DNA from: an uncultured Verrucomicrobiae bacterium
GTDB lineage: Bacteria > Verrucomicrobiota > Verrucomicrobiia > Limisphaerales > JAFGQR01
Direction: 5' to 3'
Length of the DNA stretch: 64,000 nucleotides
NCBI GenBank assembly: GCA_963788655.1
Contig: CAWBHS010000099.1
Coordinates: 1-64,000, forward strand
The stretch's first letter is position 1; the number at the start of each line of letters is the position of its first letter. This document shows, one piece after another, positions 56,301 through 64,000 of this stretch. Position numbers and translations under genes: made by a program. The notes below the pieces were generated by a model. That model had not been told where the DNA came from, did not search any database, and saw nothing but the letters and a program-made list of their open reading frames with translations.

Positions 56301-58973
56301 TTTCCTGGGGGCCGGGACAGAACCTCGAATACATCGTGCCAGGCAATTCCGGCGCCGGCTTTGCCCCGGACATCAACTGGCAGCGCATTTATGCGAATCC
56401 CACCAGCGCCAATCCCGGCAATCCCACCTTCCGCCGCATGTATTGGCGGGCGCTCAAGGAACTGGTGAACGGCGCAATGGCGGCCGATCAGATCGATCCG
56501 TTGCTCGAAGCCAAATACGCGGCGTTCCTCGCCAATGGCCTGACCGCGGCCGATCCCCAGGTGATTGAAACCTGGGTGGCCTCGGCGCGCACCAGCATCG
56601 CCAGTCAAGTGGCCGCATGGGATGCCGCAGACCTGACCCTGACGACCAACTCGCTGACCACCTCCAGCAACCTGATCACACTTTCCGGCACGGCGCCGCT
56701 CGAACGTCAGGCGGCTCACGGTGGACGGCGAATCCTGGACGCCGACGTGGACGAGCACCGTAAACTGGACGGTGCAACTGCCGGTGGAACCGGGCACCAA
56801 CATCCTGACCATTCTCGGTTATAATCGCTTTGGCCAATTGGTGGATGGGGCCAGCAATCAAGTCACCGTCGTCAACGAAGCTGCGCCCGCATCGCCGATT
56901 GGCAACCTCGTCATCAGCGAACTGATGCCCAATCCGGCAATCCCAGACGCCGAGTACGTGGAACTCCACAACCGCTCCGCCACCACGGCGTTCGACCTGT
57001 CGGGCTGGCAGTTCAACGGAATCGATTTCACCTTCCCCTCCGGCTCGATGTTGGCGCCCGATGGTTATCTGGTGCTGGCCAAGAGCCGCATTCTTTTTGC
57101 CAACGCCTACGGGGTGACCACCCCGGTGTTCGGCGAGTTCGGTGGCAATCTCCAACCCGATGGCGAGACGCTCAGTCTGCTGGCGACCAATCCGGTCACC
57201 GGCGAGGAAATCGTGGTGGACCGGGTGCGCTACGAGAGCGCGGCGCCCTGGCCGACGGGGGCAAATGGCACCGGCGCCTCCTTGCAGTTGGTCGATGTAG
57301 CGCAAGACAACGCGCGCGTGAGCAACTGGTCGGATGGGCAAGGTTGGCGGTTCTTCAGCTACACCGGCATCTCCGGCCCCAACAACGGGCAGTTCCTGTT
57401 TTATTTGGATACGGCCGGCAGTGTTTATCTGGACGACATGAGTTTGGTCGAGGGGACCGAGGCGGGGGTTGGCAGTAACTTGCTCACCAACGGGGGATTT
57501 GAACTGCCGCTCCAGGACACCTGGCTGTTCCGCGGCGTTCTGGGTACCAATTCCGACGTCAGCGCCGCGGTCAGTCATTCCGGCAATCAAAGTTTGCACG
57601 TCGTCTTCACCGCTCCCGGCAATGTGGGAAACTACATCTATCATCCGGTGTCGGGGATCGTGCCGACGAGCACGTTACACGTTCAGCTTCTGGTATTTGC
57701 CTTCGACCGACGCCAACAACATGCGCACGCGCTTGGGCTCGCCGTTCCAGCCCATCATCAATCTGCGACCGGGTCCTGGCCACCCCCGGAGCCGCGAACA
57801 GCGTGGCGTCAACCCTCCCGCCGTATCCGCCGTTGTGGTTGAATGAGGTACAGCCGCTCAATCTCACCGGCGTCACCGACAACGCCGGCGACCGCGAGCC
57901 GTGGATTGAACTCTACAATGCGGGCATGGAAGTCGATCTCCCTGGAGTGGCATGATGCTGGCGGACCAATACGCCGACCTTGGCCAATGGGCATTTCCAG
58001 CCAATGCGATGATTGCTCCCGGCCAGTTCCTGGTGGTGTGGGGGACGGCGAACCGGGTGAATCCACCGCCACGGAGTTCCACACGAACTTCCGGCTGGCC
58101 AGCGGGACCGGGTCTGTCGTTTTGTCGCGGGAGCTTGATGGGAAACCTCAAATTCTGGATTACTTGAATTTCGCCGGCGTGCCGGAAGATTGGACTTACG
58201 GCTCGTTGCCGAATGGCCAACCTTTCTACCGGGATAACATGTATTACGCAACTCCTGGTGGCCCCAACAACGCCGCCTCCCCGCCGCTGGTGGTTTATAT
58301 CAACGAATGGATGGCGGCCAACACCAGCGCCAGCGGGTTTGCCGATCCGGCGGACGGCAATTACGACGACTGGTTCGAGCTGTACAATCCCGGTTCCACG
58401 AGCGTGGCATTGGGCGGGTATTACCTGACTGACGATCTGGTCAACCGGTTCAAGTTCCGGATTCCGGAAGGTTATAACATCGCTCCGCAAGGATTCCTGC
58501 TGGTGTGGGCGGATAATGATACCAACCAAAACAGTCCAGTGAATCCCGATCTGCACGCGAACTTCAAGCTGTCCCAGTCGGGAGAAACCATTGGTTTATA
58601 CGCCTCGGACGGTACGATCATTGACGCGGTGGCCTTCGGAACCCAGACCAACAACGTCAGCGAAGGTCATTATCCGGATGGCACGGGACCGCTTTATTTC
58701 ATGACCACGCCGACCCCGCGGGCGGCCAATGAGTTGGCCACGCCAGTCGAACCGCCGCAGGTTAGCGAGGTTAGGCTGTCGCCGGAGGGCATGATTTCGT
58801 TCTCCTTTGACACAGTGGCCGGGGCGACCTATCGCGTCGAATACAAAGATGATTTGAACGATCCGACCTGGCATCCGCTCACGGCTGACCAAGTGGCCGA
58901 TGGCTCCGTGCAGCAGATCACGGATGATGCCAACGTCAATCCGCACCGCTTCTACCGGGTGGTGGTGCAGTGA
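50303..58973 (+). CDS. Giant secreted LamG / Ig / lamin-tail-domain / CotH kinase protein, frameshifted
   Basis: Signal peptide, two LamG domains, several LTD-like V(V)INE.M....EFVELYN..DLSGW repeats, CotH-like region (RYVGVYVNG, GLLYK, GNWD...NIYGY...W..FMFD) and a FYRV tail; ORFs 50303..56824, 56721..57842 and 57843..58973. Confidence 0.85.
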
Positions 58974-58989
58974 CCGGCAACGCAATGTG

Positions 58990-59125
58990 CGGTCGGCGTC
59001 TCGCCGGCAGAAACGAATGGTGGATAAAGGTTCGTTCACTGGTGGCGGCTGGTCAATGCAGCACCCGTTTCAAAATGCCGGCAGCACGCCGGGCAACGTG
59101 GTGTCGGCGTCCCGCCGGCAGAAAC
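58990..59125. repeat. REP-like hairpin cluster (TCGGCGTCTCGCCGGCAGAAACGAA duplicated)
   Basis: Two copies near 58993 and 59103 flank an inverted GCCGGCAGCACGCCGG; lies directly after the CotH gene stop. Confidence 0.6.
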
Positions 59126-59312
59126 GAACAGGCGGGGTGCGCTCGAACCTCCAACCCACCGCTAGCCAAGCCTGACTCCGTTCCAAGCTGCCGGTAGGAT
59201 GCACGCAGCATGGTGGCGCTAAATTTGATTCTTGAACCATCTCGCCACATGATGTCATTTAATCGCACACCGTAATCTTGAGAAATCGACGGAGATCCCG
59301 TTGGAGGACGCT

Positions 59313-59878
59313 ATGGCAGAACAAGTTTATTTGGGGGTGGACATCGGAGCGGAGAACGGTCGCGTCATGGCGGGACTGTGGGATGGCCAACGCGTGCGGG
59401 TGGCAGAACTGCACCGCTTTCCCAATCAACCTGTCACGCTGGGCACCACGCTGCGTGGTCCGCCCAGGAAGCGCTGCGATCCCAACGCGTCCTCGAAGTC
59501 AATCTCACCAACGAAGGCGGGGTGGACCGCACCTACCGCTTGTTGAAAAACATCATGGGACTCGGGCTCGCCCGACAGCGCAAACTGGCGTTCGAAGACG
59601 GGAGCAAACCACACTCATACGAAACGCTGGAAAGTCTGGCCGCCGAAGCGCCCGCCTTTCGTTCCCTGATCGATCCGGATGACAAACGGATCCTCAACCC
59701 ACCGAACATGCCTTCGGCCATTCGGGATTATTGCCGCGAAACAAGTCAACCGGCACCGGAAACCGAAGGGCAATTCATCCGGTGCATTTATGAAAGCCTG
59801 GCACTGCAAAACGCGCAAAGGCCAGGACTAGGCGCCGGTGTTAATTGGGGTTCTGCCGCCCGGAGACTTGGAAACTGA
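59313..59878 (+). pseudogene. rhaB: Rhamnulokinase (RhaB/FGGY family) remnant with internal and 3' deletions
   Basis: GGAGGA RBS then [18 protein letters not shown]...LHRFPN (N-terminus) joined out of frame to [18 protein letters not shown]...IDPDD..LNP..M...FIRCIYESLAL (C-terminal half); under 200 codons in total. Confidence 0.75.
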
Positions 59879-59973
59879 CCAAGGGCGGAGGCTCAGTTAT
59901 CATCCTCGTAAGACCGGCAATGTTCGCGAAGACGCGATGACTTCAAGGAAGCTTTCGCTAACCTGCCCCGGGG

Positions 59974-60621
59974 CTATTCCACGCGCGAAACCACCAACTC
60001 ATCAAACCGAATCGGAGTACCGGAAAAGGGATGACCAGAAACCAGTGGGCGGCCGCTGGGCGGTGCCGATTGTTCGTCAAGAACGATCATCCACTGGCGG
60101 GGTTCCGAGGCGCCAGCGGTCCAGACTTTGCCTTCCACTTTCCAGTGGTTTTCGCCCGACTTGCGGACTTGCAGACGCATGATGGTCCATTTGCCGGATT
60201 TCCATTTGCACGGCACGCTCAACACACGTTGCTCGCCTTTGAACAATTCCAGGGCCTGTTTGGCGGGCGCCAGTTGCATTTCGTAACCGCCCAAGCCATT
60301 CAAGCCCACCGCCAGCACCGGATAACGCCGGCCATGGCGCGTGCCAAAAAGACGGCCGGTCACGGCGACGTCCTCTTTCTCGTTGGGACCAAACAGCACA
60401 GCGTAATCATCCACCGGCGCGCCGGGCACTTCCAAAAACTTGTTGCCGCCTTCCTGCTTCACGGTAAATGCGCCGTTGAGTACCATAAAGTCCTCCGGCA
60501 CTTTGCCGACCTCGGCATTTTCAAAATTGTTTTCGTACAGCGGTTTATCTTGAGCCCCAGCCGATAGGACCATACCGCACGCTACGGCTAAACTGGCAAA
60601 CTTCATCTTCATCACCTTCAT
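59974..60621 (-). CDS. Secreted hypothetical protein, probable ConA-like beta-sandwich
   Basis: Signal peptide ending AGA-Q; beta-rich sequence with YENNFE, GKWTIMRLQV, VEGKVW...EP..W and IRFDELVV. Confidence 0.65.
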   Translation of the reverse strand: MKVMKMKFASLAVACGMVLSAGAQDKPLYENNFENAEVGKVPEDFMVLNGAFTVKQEGGNKFLEVPGAPVDDYAVLFGPNEKEDVAVTGRLFGTRHGRRYPVLAVGLNGLGGYEMQLAPAKQALELFKGEQRVLSVPCKWKSGKWTIMRLQVRKSGENHWKVEGKVWTAGASEPRQWMIVLDEQSAPPSGRPLVSGHPFSGTPIRFDELVVSRVE

Positions 60622-60794
60622 TCGTAATCAATTACTGGCAGCACATCAAGCCTCAGGGTGTAGTTGGTAAATCTGCGGCGAATCATAAACCGTCCCTGGT
60701 ACCCAGCCAACACTCGCGGGCTGCCCAGACTCGACGAATGCGACATCGAACATTATTGTTTTGGCCCGATGAATAATCTTGTTCCAGATTGCGT

Positions 60795-61100
60795 ATGAAA
60801 CTGCCTGATTATCTGCAGACGCGTCCCGACGGGGTGGTGTTGTTGCTTAAAGTGCAACCACGCGCTTCCAAGAACGAGATCGGCGAACCACTGGGTGGCG
60901 AACTAAAGGTCAAAGTCACCGCGCCCCCCGTAGATGCCGCTGCGAATGAAGCTCTGGTGCGGTTGCTGGCCGAAACGCTCGGTTGCCCGCGGAACGCGGT
61001 GAAGTTGGTCCGGGGCCACACTTCCCGCCACAAGCAAGTGTGGGTGCAAGGAATGCGGACTGAAGATGTCGCCAGCAAACTTACGGCCTCCGCCAAGTAA
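60795..61100 (+). CDS. DUF167 (YggU/UPF0235) family protein
   Basis: LKVQPRASKNEI, LKVKVTAPPVD.AANEALVRLLA, LVRGHTSRHK. Confidence 0.92.
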   Translation: MKLPDYLQTRPDGVVLLLKVQPRASKNEIGEPLGGELKVKVTAPPVDAAANEALVRLLAETLGCPRNAVKLVRGHTSRHKQVWVQGMRTEDVASKLTASAK

Positions 61101-61321
61101 GGGATTGACTGGCCCAAACTCACTCCCGAAATGGTGACGCCGATCCGTGCAGCCTCCATATTCGTTTGTGTAAAAAAGTGAGGACCGCTTCCTATTTCAT
61201 TGTTTGATGGCAGAACGGCGAAAGTCATCGCAGCAGAAATCCACCTCATTTCACTTCGAAACCGGAGCGGATTCACGACCTAACCGGACTTGCCTTCCCG
61301 CGGAGGCCGCTTCCGCCGCGT

Positions 61322-62041
61322 CTATTCGCCCAAGTTGCGGTGCAGCAACTCAGCCAACTTGGCGGGATTGAGTACGGTAATGGTTTTCCCTTTCACCTGG
61401 AGCAGTTGTTGTTCGCGCAGCTTGGCCATCGTGCGGGAAAACGTTTCGCTGACGGTTCCCAATTCGGCCGCAAGCACGCGTTTCGCCACCTTAAGTTCCA
61501 GAGCTACCGGTTGCGGGCCAATCGGCAGCGGGCAGCGTTTGAGCAGCCAATTGGCCAACCGCGTTTCCACGTCTTTAAGCGTCAAATCCTCGATCTGCCC
61601 CACCAATACCCGCAAATGTTGGCTCATGCCGCCCAACATGCGCAACGCCAGTTCCGGGCGCCGTTTCAAGAGCGCGATAAACTCCGCCTTGCGGACCAGC
61701 AGGATTTGGGACGATTCCACGGCCCGGGCATCGGCCGGATAGCCCGTTTCCGTGGCCAGGGTCGCTTCGGCCAGTGATTCACCGGCGCGAAAGACATGAA
61801 TCACCTGTTCCTTGCCCGCCGCATTCACCCGATGCACATTAACGGCCCCTTGTTGAACAATGTAAAACCCCTGGGAAAGATCCCTTTCGCGGAACAGGTA
61901 TTGTCCTTTATCGAGCGCTTTGAGCACCGTGATTTCAGCAATGTTCTCTAAATCAGCCTGGGGCAATCCGGCAAATAGCTGGCAACTCCGCAGGGTGTTT
62001 ACAATCGCGATTTGTCTGAATTGAGCGAACGACGGCTTCAT
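61322..62041 (-). CDS. Crp/Fnr family transcriptional regulator
   Basis: cNMP-type domain (LFRERD, FYIVQQGAV, GKEQVI, YPADARAVE) and HTH LAAELGTVSETFSRTM; no N-terminal FNR Cys cluster. Confidence 0.92.
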   Translation of the reverse strand: MKPSFAQFRQIAIVNTLRSCQLFAGLPQADLENIAEITVLKALDKGQYLFRERDLSQGFYIVQQGAVNVHRVNAAGKEQVIHVFRAGESLAEATLATETGYPADARAVESSQILLVRKAEFIALLKRRPELALRMLGGMSQHLRVLVGQIEDLTLKDVETRLANWLLKRCPLPIGPQPVALELKVAKRVLAAELGTVSETFSRTMAKLREQQLLQVKGKTITVLNPAKLAELLHRNLGE

Positions 62042-62298
62042 GTCTGCGACCGATCTTGCTCCGGCTCACGCCAAAAATAAACAATCCATTCGTTGCGCAT
62101 CCCGTGTTCAATGCGCGAACGAAATCCTTCGCTGCCCAACTTCTCGATCAATGGGGATGGCAGAAACGGCGCGATGACAATCAGTCCCTGGTCAGGTGCC
62201 AGCGAGTCCACCCGCGCCCGGATACGACCATAGGGATCGCTGCCCCGGCGGAGAATCGGGCGGACATCGAGACGAACAAAGCGGTTCAGCGGCAGCAT
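62038..62298 (-). CDS. DUF2249 domain protein
   Basis: LDVRPILRRGSDPYGRI...L.VIAPFLPSPLIEKLGSEGF...W.VYF; stop overlaps the Crp/Fnr start. Confidence 0.75.
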   Translation of the reverse strand: MLPLNRFVRLDVRPILRRGSDPYGRIRARVDSLAPDQGLIVIAPFLPSPLIEKLGSEGFRSRIEHGMRNEWIVYFWREPEQDRSQT

Positions 62299-62452
62299 AA
62301 GATTGCGAGTTACCGGGCGGACGGCTGGACGGCACAAAATTCAGCGCGTCACCGCCGCCCGGTTCCCGAGATAATGAGCAGCCATTCCAATACCTTCAGG
62401 GAGAAAATCAAAGTCAATTTCTGCAAATACTTCAACAAGGTTTGCGAAGCCA

Positions 62453-63412
62453 TTGCCCCCAAGCGGACGCAGGATTGCGCTCATAGTGAGAATATTGGAT
62501 GGAGATCCTTCGTCCGAGGTTCCAGCCAAGCGAGCGGCGGCGTTTGGCTCGTCCTCGACCCACAAACCGCCCGACTGCTCGGCCCTGGGCGGTCCGCGGA
62601 TTTTTCCCCAAACGCGTTTTGTCTTCTGCGTCATTTCCCAGCGGGCCCGTGGGTTGATGATCGGTGTGGACCTCTGCCCAAGCAAAACCTGCAATTTTCG
62701 GTGCGTTTATTGTGAAGTGGACCGTTCCCAAGCCGGGACCGAGAGCCAGGCCAATCTGGAGGTGATGTCGGCTGAACTGCAAATGGTTTTGGATCTCGCC
62801 TTCAATAACCAGCTTTGCCGAATCTCGGGATTAGAACACGTTCCCCCCGAATGGCTGCAACTCAAGGAAGTCGCATTGGCTGGCGACGGCGAACCCACCC
62901 TTTGCCCGAATTTCGCGGAAATTGTGCAAGCCGTGGTGCTTGTGCGCGCCCAGGGCCAGTATCCTTTTTTCAAGATTGTCCTGATCACCAATGGCACAGG
63001 ACTTAATCTACCAGAAGTTCAAAAAGGCCTGGCGAAGTTTAATTCGCGCGACGAAATCTGGATCAAATTGGACGCCGGCACGCAAGCGTTCATGCACAAA
63101 ATCAACCGAACGAAGATCCAATTGCCGCGCATTCTGGACAATATTTTGCGCCTCGGCCGCGAGCGGCCGGTGGTCATCCAAAGTCTGTTTCCGCGCTTGC
63201 ACGACGCGGAACCGCCGGAGTGCGAAATCACCGCCTACATCGAGCAGTTGCTACGGCTGCGCGACCAAGGTGCGCAAATCTCCCAGGTCCAGATCTTCTC
63301 GACCCGGAAGATCTCCGAGGTGAACGGTTGCCGCCACCTTCCGCTGCGCAGCCTGTCGCACATCGCCCGGCGCGTCCATGAGGAAACCGGGTTGACCGTG
63401 GATGTGTTTTAA
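62453..63412 (+). CDS. Radical SAM protein (wyosine-synthase-like uncharacterised subgroup)
   Basis: SQRARGL.IGVDLCP..TCNFRCVYC (CxxxCxxC), AGDGEPT, LITNGT, KLDAGT, VIQSLF; start codon uncertain. Confidence 0.85.
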   Translation: MPPSGRRIALIVRILDGDPSSEVPAKRAAAFGSSSTHKPPDCSALGGPRIFPQTRFVFCVISQRARGLMIGVDLCPSKTCNFRCVYCEVDRSQAGTESQANLEVMSAELQMVLDLAFNNQLCRISGLEHVPPEWLQLKEVALAGDGEPTLCPNFAEIVQAVVLVRAQGQYPFFKIVLITNGTGLNLPEVQKGLAKFNSRDEIWIKLDAGTQAFMHKINRTKIQLPRILDNILRLGRERPVVIQSLFPRLHDAEPPECEITAYIEQLLRLRDQGAQISQVQIFSTRKISEVNGCRHLPLRSLSHIARRVHEETGLTVDVF

Positions 63413-63568
63413 CCAAGCGGCGCTGACGGGTGGGCGCCTCCAGTAATCCTGCGCGCACCAACCGAGGGGGCTACGTCGAGTCTGCTTGATATTGAGAGGA
63501 ACAAGGCCAGCCGTGCTTATGACCAGCTTAGCGTTGCCTGCAATCCTTACCGGGGATGTTGTTCCCGG

Positions 63569-63597
63569 TTGACATTTCCTGGCGCTCCCCATAATTT
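63569..63597 (+). promoter_or_regulatory. Sigma70-type promoter of the PocR-domain gene
   Basis: TTGACA at 63569-63574 with TAATTT at 63592-63597 (17 nt spacer) or an overlapping CATAAT. Confidence 0.5.
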
Positions 63598-63628
63598 GCC
63601 GTCAGCAGTGCAAAATCGGACCCCTAAA

Positions 63629-64000
63629 GTGACAGCACAGCAAACGATAAACGGTCACAAAGACCTGGTCGAAACCTTGGCCAATTCCAAGGTGTATCAG
63701 GACTACGAACGAGCCTTTAATGAGGCCACGGGATTGCCATTATCGTTGCGCCCGGTGGAATCCTGGCAACTCCCCCATCACGGAAAGAAGAACGAGAACG
63801 AGCTTTGCGGGCTGGTTGCCCAAAAAAGCCGGGCCTGTGCCGCCTGTCTCCAAGTCCAACAAAAGCTCTCGGAATCAGCGACCTATGAAGCCCGCACCGT
63901 AGCGTGCTCATTGGGAATGAGCGAAACCGCCGTGCCGGTGCGCTTGGGGTCCGAGTTGATCGGCTTTCTGCAAACCGGGCAGATCTTTCGCCGGACCCCC
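63629..64000 (+). CDS. PocR ligand-binding domain protein (probable AraC-type regulator), 5' part
   Basis: Not in the ORF track because it runs off the window. GTG 63629 opens VTAQQ...YQDYERAFNEATGLPL...NELCGLV...CAACL...C.LGMSETAVPVRLGSELIGFLQTGQIF. Confidence 0.8.
   Translation, partial: MTAQQTINGHKDLVETLANSKVYQDYERAFNEATGLPLSLRPVESWQLPHHGKKNENELCGLVAQKSRACAACLQVQQKLSESATYEARTVACSLGMSETAVPVRLGSELIGFLQTGQIFRRTP

Noticed and set aside
36800..56812. Long antisense ORFs (36800..38461, 40945..42918, 47801..49489, 51752..53041, 53054..54835, 54854..56812)
   Set aside because: Shadow frames opposite well-supported high-GC genes, with no recognisable motifs.
62340..62490. FNR/CRP box in the divergent promoter region
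   Set aside because: No adequate TTGAT-N4-ATCAA or TGTGA-N6-TCACA match; only half-sites.

Overview
GC-rich bacterial chromosomal segment, most likely Verrucomicrobiota (inferred from the palindromic REP-like families, an H-X9-DG prepilin-type gene and the C-terminal F/Y-F/Y/W-R-L/V tails of large secreted proteins). Many genes are broken by single-base frameshifts, which is most consistent with long-read assembly errors. Contents in order: the 3' part of a six-hairpin glycosidase, a metallophosphoesterase, a candidate promoter-driven ~80 nt small RNA, a Tat-signal Gfo/Idh/MocA oxidoreductase, a three-gene minus-strand unit (lectin/Ig protein, prepilin-type protein, beta-propeller protein), then TauE, RraA-like, HDIG, HEAT, pcm and nitroreductase genes. 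A Wzx/Wzy polysaccharide cluster (16.3-33.8 kb) carries gmhA, a GT9, several GT4s and an AsnB-like gene. It is invaded by REP/REPIN elements, including a 4 x 462 bp tandem array that forms one 638-codon ORF, and its AsnB-like gene is flanked by a ~415 bp direct repeat. Next come a GH29 fucosidase, a sulfatase and three giant secreted multidomain proteins (metzincin protease; LamG/Ig; LamG/LTD/CotH kinase), followed by a deleted rhamnulokinase remnant, DUF167, Crp/Fnr, DUF2249, a radical SAM gene and the start of a PocR-domain regulator. No rRNA, tRNA, CRISPR array or transposase was recognised. The best novelty candidates are the shared C-terminal sorting-like domain on five secreted proteins, the REP-built ORF inside the polysaccharide operon and the anti-SD-bearing small RNA.
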